Source: Paraglomus brasilianum (taxonomy: Eukaryota). From it: a stretch of DNA of 36,618 nt. Below the pieces are notes generated by a model, which saw only the letters and a list, made by a program, of their open reading frames with translations, was not told where the DNA came from and searched no databases. Made by a program: the position numbers and the translations under genes. Every line of letters starts with the position of its first letter. Position 1 is the first letter of the stretch. This document shows, one piece after another, positions 25,059 through 35,566 of the stretch. The stretch lies in NCBI GenBank assembly GCA_910592345.1, contig CAJVPI010000287.1, forward strand, positions 1-36,618. Direction: 5' to 3'.

Positions 25059-25641
25059 GCTGTTGTTGCTGTTGTTGTTGTTGCAGTTGTTGCTGCTGCT
25101 GCACTTGTTGTTGCTGTTGTTGCTGCTGCTGCACTTGTTGTTGCTGTTGTACTTGTTGTTGTTGCTGATATTGTGCAATATGTCCATCTATGCGAGGCAA
25201 ATCACTCGGTTTGGGTCGCGTAGGTTGTGCATTACTCCCAACAACTACCTCTTCAGTATGAGTCGACGATCTTGGCGCACGAGACTCGATCTCCTGGTAC
25301 TGGTATGGCTGAGATGCAATAGAAGCACTAATGGCATTATTGTCTAAATAACCTTCATTTATTGATCGATCCAATGTATCTTGTACAGTCGGCACTGGTC
25401 TATGCGGTTTAGGAGAGATGAGAGGTGGAAATGGTGGTGCAGTATTATTAACACTATCTGCTACATCGTTTGATTGATAAATATAATTATCGGTGTTGGT
25501 CGACGTGTGACCGCTGCTGTCTGATCTCGTATGATTTTGTGTATTTGGGACAGCAGGTAGAGGTCTCGGACCCATTACCGTTTTTTTTTTTTTTAAATTA
25601 GTTCCGGGATTTTCGACTACACTTGCGGGTTGTTCACTCAT
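22858..25641 (-). CDS. Sel1-like repeat chitin synthase activator (Chs4/Skt5-like); exons 25641-23734, 23619-23068, 23001-22858
   Basis: Low-complexity N-terminus, then ALERYRDAARKTNDPKVQADYAKFLIE and SLRs (GYPPALHKMGVCHEFGSLGCQFDPTTSVQYYERAAEKGEVEANMALCKWYLCGAEG...GLPAAEFAMGYFHEVG). The last exon ends KKEKKDKDCCIQ* (CaaX), matching the prenylated C-terminus of Chs4. Confidence 0.9.
24883..25167 (-). repeat. 95-codon CAA/CAG polyglutamine tract with a few V/L/R interruptions
   Basis: (TTG)n/(CTG)n on the + strand, 285 nt, in frame in exon 1 of the Chs4-like gene. Confidence 0.97.
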
Positions 25642-26361
25642 ATTAAAAAATCAAAGAGAATGGACAAGTTACTTTGAATTCCGATTTGTCTACATTTATA
25701 TCAATTGTACTTGTGACACCAGTAAAACTCCGCAACCGAAAAAAGTGATTTGGTATGGTATATATATATAGTCTCTATATAATCTTTTGCCTATAAGAAC
25801 TAAAACACCTATAATAGTACCAAACCGGTATGACTTCTATTGACTTCTATTCGTATAATCATACTCCATCGAATAGAAACGTGCGAGCAACTACTGGCAG
25901 GAGTTCATCTCGAAGGTATTACAAATCCATTACACGAATCGAGCGAGTTTATAATAGACCATATTAAACTATTTGTATTGCCACTTCAAGATCCGTCGCA
26001 TGCAATAACCGAGTACAAATACTAAGACACGTCTGGAATAATAATACTTTTGCGCAATTATTATTCCATCTGACAAATTCTTATTTAAAACTAAAGTAAT
26101 AGTAACAAATCGGGCAATCAAGACATCTTGTGGCTCATAATTGGGTACAATCATATACCTAAACTTAAGTCGATATATTAATCTTGCATACCACGTCATT
26201 TCGTGTGCTGACATTAATTTGTATTAGTCTCGATTCTCTTGAGGCTTGTGCGCTTCTGTCTTACCCAGCCAATGCTATTTATAGTATTTTGGCTTGGCAG
26301 TTGTTAATTACCCGAATACGAATATAGATTTATTATCCGCAGCTCTTTTTTATTGTTCATT

Positions 26362-27688
26362 ATGACCTCAAACTTATCTGGAAAAGTAGTTCTGATGTAA
26401 GTTGATAAAATGGTAAGATTGGTGTTAACTGAAATATAAGCCAGTTAATCTACAATTGTCCTGTAGAACCGGAGCATCGGCTGGTATCGGAGCTGCGACT
26501 GCCCTTGAATTTGCCAAACATGGATCGAATCTCATATCCTTTATTCTAATTAAAACACTGCACTACTTGCTTCGTAGAGTCGCTGTTTTTGCCTTGACCT
26601 TTAATACATTCTATTTGCAAGACGAGCTGATCGTCTGAATGAGGTCGCTCAACGCATTTTAAACCAGAATCCGACAGCAAAAGTCTGTGTGCGTGTAGTA
26701 GACGTTCAAAACAAGAAGGAAATCGACAACGCAATTAATGGGCTGCCCGACGAGTTTAAAGATATTGATATTCTGGTTAACAATGTTGGTACTTTTAATT
26801 GGCCATCCCCCTTTTACTAAGGAATGCTAACGTCATTGCGTCTTCTGAACAGGCTGGATTGGCAATTGGATTTGATCCACTGGAGAAGAACTCTGAAAAC
26901 GCTGTCCAACAAGTTATTGGCACCAACGTTAACGGTTACATTTACATGATACAGGCTGTATTGCCCCGGATGAAAGAGCGTAACTCGGGAGATATAATAA
27001 ATGTTGGGAGTATATCAGGTAATTATTATAAGCATTCTTTTAGCGGAAACTTTTCTTGATATATAAATCATTTTGTAGGCTTCCAGACACATCGACACGG
27101 AAATGCTTTGTACGCTGCATCGAAACATGCTGTCGAAGGCATTACAACGTAAGGAAACTTTCATACTTAATGAAGGATTATGATAATCAAGATATGTGTG
27201 CTTATCAACATACTTATCCATCGATAATAAACCAGATCCATTCGTAAAGAACTTGTTGCTACTAAGATACGCGCAATTTTAATCAGACCAGGTACAAAAA
27301 CTTGCTGCATATTTGTGAAGTCGTATCGCATAGTATTTTCATATAGAATCATACATATCAACAGGTGCGGTTCGTACTGATTTTACCTTAAACAGAGTGC
27401 CCGAGCTAGGTCCAGAATTCGTGGATACATATTACGCCGGATTTGAACCCCTCGTTGCTCAGGATATTGGTATTATATCTATTATGGCACGGGATAATTG
27501 CTTGCATCACCTTTAGCTGATGTCATTTACTAACATATATAAATCCGTCCGCGAATTACATAGCTGATTGTATTATATATGCAGCCTCGAGACCAACAAA
27601 CGTCGTCATTTCTGAACTGACAGTTCTGCCTAATGCACAAGCGGACATTGCTCTAGTCCACCGAGAGGGTGCAAAAGGTCCAGTTTAA
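26362..27688 (+). CDS. Classical NADP(H)-type short-chain dehydrogenase, YdfG/YMR226C-like; 8 exons
   Basis: MTSNLSGKVVLI|TGASAGIGAATALEFAKHGSNL|ILFARRADRL...DIDILVNN|AGLAIG...GDIINVGSIS|G...YAASKHAVEGIT|...IRP|GAVRTDF...PLVAQDI|ADCIIYAASRP...LPNAQA. TGxxxGIG, NNAG and YxxxK motifs are present. Confidence 0.92.
26534..26607 (+). other. U12-type AT-AC intron in the SDR gene, 74 nt, phase 0
   Basis: Donor ATATCCTTT (26534-26542), branch point TTTGCCTTGAC (ends 26598), terminal AC (26606-07). Removal gives HGSNL|ILFARRADRL. Confidence 0.9.
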
Positions 27689-28636
27689 AGCTCAGTGATG
27701 AACTTGGTCGAGACACGGTGAACAGAAATGTCTTAAACCTTTGACTTTGTCCAAAAATAAAAAGTATATTATATGTTAAGTGACAAACGAACTGTTCTTG
27801 ACAAATCGATTTACTAATTATGCTAATTAGTAGTAACCTCGAATTTATCGACTGCGACACGTAATTAATAATACTCCCCATAATAAAAGATAGAAAGAGG
27901 ACGATCGCCAGGCTATGTAGTAGTAATATAATGTAGATATACTGTATATCAAGATTATCGAGAAAAGCGTAGTAATAGATGAAACCCAATCATTGGTTGA
28001 TCACAAATCAACTACAATTAGCGTAAATGACATGCTGTTTAACAATTCTCGCGTTCAAACTACCTCGACGTTTTCCCATTCTTTGTAAAAACTGTAAAGC
28101 ATATCTAGCTTATGTTTGTGGAAATCCTGGAGTTTGAAATAGGACTTTTTGAGCAATCGAGATATTATTCTTTTCCACAAACGTAATAGACTACACGTTA
28201 TTTAGTATACACAATACCCAAACATGAAGATTAATTATTAAAAGTTAAACTAAATCACCGCTTAATGTAAAATAATAGAATTTTGTTTAACCCTCTAATA
28301 TATTTACAAAGACAACGGAACGTATCAAAAAATTCGAATTGCATGGAATTGAAGTGTCTACCCATGAACTTATTTTGCTCGTGAGAAAGACTATTAAGAT
28401 ACGTGTGCAGCAATTAACGATTTGTGACCGCGATCCATCATATAGTCTGTATTTGCATGTTTTATGCGCGTAGGCTCCATATAAGATTGCATGTTTTATG
28501 CATGTTTTCGGTTCCGCCATTCAAATACCGACAACCATAAACATATTTAAAGACATTATCCCCCAAACTCTTTTAACCATTGCAATATTTTGCTAATTTG
28601 AAAATCCAAATCGTAAACACATAACCTCTCCCCTCA

Positions 28637-29618
28637 ATGCTAACGCCGCCGCCGCCAAAACCACCACCAAAAAAGGGTTCATACAAAAGGAGGTCGTCAG
28701 CTTCGCAACCTATAAACGTAAGACCTTATTGGAACGGAAAAGTCGCGGCATGGTCTCAGAAATTGTGGTTACCCATTGTGATCGACTCTGCCGCAACCTC
28801 ATCCACTCCCTCCATACTACAAAACTCATGGTTTTCGTCAACAAAGCGACCTCCGACTTTCCTAAAATATCCCTGAAATCAAGGAAGAAGAGTCGCCCGA
28901 CGAGAACCCCACACAAGGAAAATCAGGACAACAGCAGCACGCAACAAACGACAACACTTGGGAGCCCTCCATCGTACGCTGCCAATAAACTAATATCCAA
29001 ATTACCCTCAAAAGCAGCTATTGAAACGGTGGATGGGCTTGTCAAGATTGCCTATAATGCAGTTGTCCGCTGGAGTCGATACCACTATTTCCATACCAAA
29101 AATTCGCATACTGGTCCATCACGACGGGTTCTCAACAAGCTTAAACTTTACGCGGATGTTCGTGTAGGAAAAGATGTTAACGAGCGTGAGGACAAGAGAC
29201 TCCAAAAATCATGCGTATGGGATGAACGCCAATTTGTGCAAACAGTCGTGCGTATTGGAATGCTCCTTCAAGATATCGACGAAGCGATTTGAGGAAGCGT
29301 TAATTGCTAGAGACAAGATGATCAATCAAAATATAGGATCAACCACGAATCAGCAAAGAAGTTTGTCTTTGTCATTTCGATACCGAAAAGATTTGCGACA
29401 AACGATGATAATTCGCGCGCAGAACTTTTCCAAATCCACGTGGAACCGCTTCTATGTCACCCATCTCCATAATTCGTCGATACTTTCCGCACCCCGCCAT
29501 AAGTCTATTATCACTCTGGACGAAAAACGCGATTTGTGGTCACTTTATTTCGAAAAAAAGGCATAATAATAAGTGGCCTGTTCCTCACAAAATAACGTCC
29601 GACTGTAAGCTTACGTAC
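28637..29618 (+). mobile_element. Truncated, frameshifted Fanzor2/IS607-TnpB-like gene (N-terminal half only) with an overlapping-frame TnpA serine recombinase remnant
   Basis: Frame A: PYWNGKVAAWSQKLWLP...NSWFS. Frame B over the same bases: YKRKTLLERKSRGMVSEIVVTHCDRLCR. Then RTLPIN*YPNYPQKQLLKRWMGLSR/AYNAVV (OrfB HTH-like), LSFRYRKDLRQTMII, and WPVPHKITSDCKLTY. No RuvC motifs are seen. Confidence 0.72.
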
Positions 29619-29790
29619 GTCTCGATATAACGACACTGCTATATAACGACATCTTGTTATACTGACAAAAATCCTGGAACAAAAAATCTATATAATGAAA
29701 TTTATTCGATGTAACGACATTCTGTCGAAAGAATTTTGTTGGTTTCAACATTTCGTTGTAGATCAAAAAAATCAAATATAGCGACGCATA
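29619..29790. mobile_element. pogo/Tigger-like transposon end or MITE fragment
   Basis: Repeated subterminal motif ATATAACGACA at 29625 and 29641, variant ATGTAACGACA at ~29709, beginning CTCGATATAACGAC, plus a degenerate inverted copy (TTCGTTGTAG) near 29752. Confidence 0.5.
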
Positions 29791-30022
29791 CAAGATAGAG
29801 TCTCGAACATGCCATTTTCGTTCCCAAGTGTAAAGGTTTTAAAAAAAGAGAGACAACTCGTTCATCAGTTTATTATTATTATTATTTATAATAATAATTA
29901 TAGAAAAACAACCCCGACCTTTAGGTCGATCTTTAACCTATGTAGCGAATTTTTGGTCGATCTATAACTATAAATAGTTAGATAAGCGTCCAAATAGAGG
30001 TCGAAATCATCCATAAACGATA

Positions 30023-31291
30023 CAGTGTGTAACAAAAAAAAGGAGATATTTTTTTGTTTGGTAAAAAAACGCGTATAACTTTTCCAAAAACAATCCAATT
30101 CGCGTCGTTGAAAAAATAAAATAAACAACAACACTCGTTGCATGTTTTTGTTTATAACGCACACGTTATTCTGTCTTTCCAATTATAAAAAATTGCTGTT
30201 CAAAAAATGACTTCTGCCAAAGAAACACAACGTTCAAACAATATTACACTTATATGGAATCAAGGCATAACCAATGGTCAAGAAATACATAGGAGGACAA
30301 ACATACCTCTTGCTACAATTTATAAGAATATAAAAAAGCTCAAAAAACGGGAAGTGTTGCTCACGCAAAAGGAAACGGTCGGCCGAAGAAGATTACCGGT
30401 GAAGCTTCAAAAGCGTTGGGACAATATATTCGAAGAGATACTACTCTCTCAACCAGAACATTGGCAAATATGTTAACTCAGAAAGATGTTAACGTCTCTC
30501 ACATGACTGTTTCAAGGCATTTGTCCCGTATTGGTTACTCCAAAAGCCTACCAATGGCTACACCAATGCTCACTGAAACTCATAAAGAAAAACGAGTACA
30601 ATGGGCAAGACAGCATCTTAATGATAATTGGAAAAAAAACATTATTTTCTGATGAAACGGCATTCCAATTATTTAGAAACACATTGAAAAGGTGGCACAA
30701 GGGTGAAAGACCAATTCATCCTATACCAAAAGACAGAACAAAAATTTTTGCTTGGGGTGGATTTTGTGTAAAAGGAAAAACTTCTCTCTTTTGCTTTAAA
30801 CAAATCATGGATGCAAATTTTATGTTGAAATTTTGGCTCAACATATTCCTGAAATTAATCAGATGCTTGGCAAGAGCTGGAGATTCCAGCAGGATAATGA
30901 CCCCAAGCATACAAGTAGAGTTGCTAAAGATTTTATTCAGAAAAATATTCCGAAAATTATGACTGGCATCTAATAGTCCTGATTTAAACCCAATTGAAAA
31001 TCTTTGGAATATAGTTAAAAGCAATATTGAGAGGCGAATGCCCAAAAATTGTGGGAGTTAAAACAATTTATGGAAGAGGAGTGACAAAATATTCCACGAG
31101 CAACTCTAATTAATTTAGTAGACTCAATGAAACGACGATGTGAATTAATTATTGAGAACAATGCCGAGCGTATACCATATTAATTGTTATTGAATAAGTT
31201 TATGGGTTGCAAGCTTTCATTTAAGCATAAAAATTGACACAGTGGTCACTGAGTAATAATGATTTAAAAATATCTCCTTTTTTTTGGTACA
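30023..31291 (+). mobile_element. Tc1-family DNA transposon (DD34E) with TIRs and a disrupted transposase (30207-31183)
   Basis: Left end TA|CAGTGTGTAACAAAAAAAAGGAGATATTTTT; right end AAAAATATCTCCTTTTTTTTGGTACA (31266-31291). Motifs GRPKK, FSDE, AWGGF, FQQDNDPKH, SNSPDLNPIENLW; 34 residues separate the second D and the E once frameshifts are corrected. Confidence 0.92.
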
Positions 31292-32244
31292 TCGAAAAGA
31301 TTTATCTAGTACTCGGACTGTCGAGTAGCATGAAATGTTTTGAATTCCAACTTTTTACACCTAGTAGCAGCGTAGGTTGCATATGCTTTGTACAATAAGC
31401 CAAAAAGATATTTAATAAATCAGATGGTTGGTGAAATATCACTTTATAAAATTGACAAAGAGTTCTTAAGACAATACAATACCATTCCTCAACTAATTCG
31501 TTTGAATTCTATTATTATTTCTAGTTTTGAGCTTTCTTACTAAGTAAAAATTTTATAATAAATGCAAAATTGAATGTACGCATCCAAACAATAACACCGT
31601 CGACCTGTGACTGTATTATTATAGTTCTGTTATTTTATATTTATATTATTAGATAACAAATTAAAAATTAACGATATTAATATTAATATTAATATTAATA
31701 TCGGTATCTAACTAGCACTAAAGTAAGCATCAATACTTTGATTGGAATTCTTTGAGGTTAAGTAAATTCATATACTTGCCATATCGCTATGTTTCACGTT
31801 CAGATGTCGCCTATACTCAGTCGAGATCGTGTTTTAGATACTTTTTTTTTATTTCCGACTTGCAGCGATATTTAAATCAACAAATACAACAATTTTCTAT
31901 TGTATTAATAATGCGAATAGATATTTATTATTATTATTATATGATTAATAACACGTACATTTAAAATTTAAGGAACTGGTAACACAAGTATTTGGTAACC
32001 GCATCATCCTAGGCTACGAACAAACACAACGTGTTTTCTTGTTCACCGCTTCTTTATAGAATTCCTTATTCCAAAGTCCATATCATTCACCTCCCTTCCC
32101 TTCTTTCACTCTTAACTCTCCCACCGCCTTCATTTCTCTTCCCCTCTTCCCCCCTCGTTACCTTCACTCAATGAATTGACATCACAGAACCCAACAAGTC
32201 ACCGTCTCTCATCGCGAAAGGCTTATCCGCTTGATGTATGCCAT

Positions 32245-32443
32245 ACTTCTATCAACGCGATTGTCAAGAAAAGTCGTCAATCACATATCGGTCGTATCAA
32301 TTTAATCGACTCATCCCCCGTCCCCCCTCCCCCCATAACCACGCACTTCTATCAACGCGATTGTCAAGAAAAAGTCGTCAGTCACATTTTGGTCGCATCA
32401 ATTTAGTCGACTCATACGACACCCTCCCCCGATAACCACGCAC
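32245..32443. repeat. Diverged ~100-bp tandem duplication
   Basis: ACTTCTATCAACGCGATTGTCAAGAAAA...GTCGTCA.TCACAT...ATCAATTTA.TCGACTCAT...ATAACCACGC starts at both 32245 and 32345. Confidence 0.9.
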
Positions 32444-35196
32444 CACTTTAATCGACTTGAAAACGTTATCAAGGCGTTGCTTGGGATCTTGGTAACAGGG
32501 AACAACTTTAATAATAACGATTAATATTCCGAAAGGAAATTGGGCAGGAATCACGTTAAGCACAATGTACGTATTGGTGCAAGTCATTCGATTAAGATAA
32601 GTAAATGAGATTAATAACGCACCCACCCCTATGGAATAACGACTTAATTGCAGAATAAAGTCTTGACGAAGACCACACACTATTGTTCTTGTTGAAAAAT
32701 CGTTTATGTTGCATCGGATGAAGGTGTGAATCTTATATAATGTTCGTTGTTGAAGACGCCAGTAACTGCATGACATACTAATCGGGTGTGAACTAGAGCC
32801 CTCCCCTACTCCTGTACTCATTAGGGCGACTGCAGGAAAGCCTTCCTATACAGGAGTCGACGCTAAAAGGTGGAGAGTGGCACGCGAATGTATAATCTCG
32901 ATCTTTTAGGCGGTATTACGCGGAGTAAATATTGAGCATTATACAGTGTCCAAAATGCTCTTCTAACTTTGCTGTAATTCTTTCTGCTCTTTCTCAAGCC
33001 TACACGAAGCTCTATTGTGCTTTATGCGCTTAAGCATATTCTGTTGTGAAATGGAATGTAGAAGTAAGGACTGATGGAAAATTTGAAAAATATCGATATT
33101 AACTCTTGTTAAGAATTTTATTAATATGTTATATTTGATTAATTGATAATTAGATTTACCTGGCCGATTCTTACATACACCAATCCCGCGTTCGGTGGTG
33201 TCAAGCGTATCAAACTTGACCTATTGAGTATGTTTCTTAGCGCTGAGCATGTACGCAAATGTATGATAAGAAAGTTTGATTTTTAATATAGATTCAATTG
33301 AAGTATGAAAAGTATGAAAGCATCGGTGTCTGTACCTGGCACTTCACTTTACGCGTAATAATTCTATGACGACTATGTAGAACCAAGATTAGGAAAACGA
33401 TCTCCACCGCTTTCTGACTGGAATGCGTCAATGAAGTGGTCCCGTTAGACGCCATGGCTGTACACATATAGCCGAATGGTACGTACAATTTCGAATCCCC
33501 GCCAGTATTTCCGTCGGGGATTGTCTGCCCTTACGCGCGGAAACTTCTTGTAATTCTAACCCTAATTTCAATTTATAGGCAGTAAATACGTATAATGCAT
33601 TTGAAAGCTGAACTGGCAGGAAGATAAAAAGGGATCCACCTTACGAGAAAGGGAATATAATAGTTCCAAAAAAAACCAACAGAACATTGGCACGTAAGCG
33701 CTTTTAAGAAATAATAAAGCTTAGCTTAGTATATCAATGCCAGTGAGTATGAATGAGGATCTTTGCTGGGTTATGTTTGCATGGTGAGTGGGTCATGGGC
33801 GAAAATGTGGGAAAGTTGTGTGCTATTTAAGTGGATGGATCAAAGATGTAAATAAAACCAAGTGTAGAGAATACTAATGGAATTAAATAAATTGTACAGG
33901 AACTCTATGGATGTCAGCATCGGAATGATAACACCAATATCGGAGAAATGTATAAGAGAATGCAGTCATTGTGTGCACAAATGGTTAATGGCATTCGACT
34001 TCCTCCTTCGAAAATTCCGATCAACAGTGTTGCGTATACTTTAAGTAAGTGAATACTAGATACTTAAACTGTGAATAATAAGGAATCGCGAAATGGAAAT
34101 TATTGTAATTTGAAAATTCCTGTATTAGACTTTAGCAATTATGAACTTTCCGAATTATTACTGATTGTCATAACACCCATTAGCAATATTATTTCAGATG
34201 TTAACCGCTCAACTCTATTTCATGACTTCTAGGACTAGAGGATTTTATTGGATTCACGAGCGCGGTAAACGCGAATAGCTACAATGCACACTATTCCGAC
34301 CGGCCAATGTTCCAGGTTGAATAGCAAACTGACACGTGGAATCGAAGAAGACCACAAGCGATGACGCAATGAAGTCTGGAAGAAGTTTCATATTTCAATG
34401 AGATGGATTGGAAACAGTAGATCTAGGGAAGGTTTTATTGATAAAAGAGGATATGTAGGAAACACTGACAAACCAGGAGAGAATGAAGGATGTCCCCGTG
34501 CCTTTATGAACAAATCGAATATACGCGAAGCCTCCGCTACGACAAAGAACCGGACTATGACATCAACCCAAGACACACAGATGCCACAAACAATACAAAT
34601 TCCAGACACAACGAACATCAACCCAAGACACGCAAATGCCATAAACAATGCAAATCCCAGACACAACCTACAGGGATTTGAAGAGACAGGTACAACTTCT
34701 GTGGGAGGAAGGTCTCGCCGAATATAGAATTGAGCTCTGGCTGGTGATGATGAATACGGTGACGAGGAATTTGATATGCTATGCATTACGAGAGGGTAGA
34801 ACGATAGTCTACGATTAGACGGAAAACTAGAGTGAAGAGAAACAGGAAAGACGACGTGCCGTGTCGGGCATAAACTTATTGTAGACGTTGAATTAGACCA
34901 TTGTTAAATGAGTGGTGACAATGCGTTAGTATCCTGTAGTTACAGTCAGTACGAATGTAAAGAAAATACAATCTCGGTTTTACCACGGCTACGCCTGCTT
35001 TTACTGCGAGTGATGAGATGAAATAAATAAAGTTTCTTTCATTGATATGGATTAAAAAGATTAATACATTCATTAAATGAGTTATTTCTATATCAAGAGA
35101 ATGATGGTTATTGCTTGATTTAGTAACAAAAATCTCGATCACGTTATTCGATTTTGTAACTCATAAAGGAACGCAAAACTCCTTCATGCCTAGTTG

Positions 35197-35240
35197 ACAA
35201 GAACGCTTACAAGAACGCTTACAAGAACGCTTACAAGAAC
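35197..35240. repeat. 12-bp tandem repeat (ACAAGAACGCTT) x3.7
   Basis: Read directly. Confidence 0.95.
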
Positions 35241-35519
35241 AATGGCACGACGACACTGTATTTATCATGAGTAAGTATTACTAAGACTAGTCGCGGGATT
35301 ATTTGCGACATTTTAATGACGTGACTATTTTCAACCTGTACATATTAAGCAGGATGAAACGTGTACTTTCATTCAGACTTTGAAGAACGTTTACAACGAG
35401 AAGCTCTGAATATACGAAATCAGTAGCTTTTACGTAAATCACGTAGAAATGTGATTTAACGGTTGAGTAATACTCAACGGCGAATTTTAAAAGGGTTACT
35501 CTGGTTAATAACGAAAACG

Positions 35520-35566
35520 GCGCGGTAACTGTCCAAGACAAAGCGCGGTAACTGCCCAAGACAAAG
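35520..35566. repeat. 23-bp tandem duplication GCGCGGTAACTG[T/C]CCAAGACAAA
   Basis: Read directly; one mismatch. Confidence 0.92.

Noticed and set aside
24720..25347. Poly-Val, poly-Leu and poly-Asn ORFs
   Set aside because: Alternative-frame and antisense readings of the polyQ repeat in the Chs4-like gene.
35197..35566. Short direct repeats considered as a CRISPR-like array
   Set aside because: Units are head-to-tail with no unique spacers, and the context is eukaryotic.
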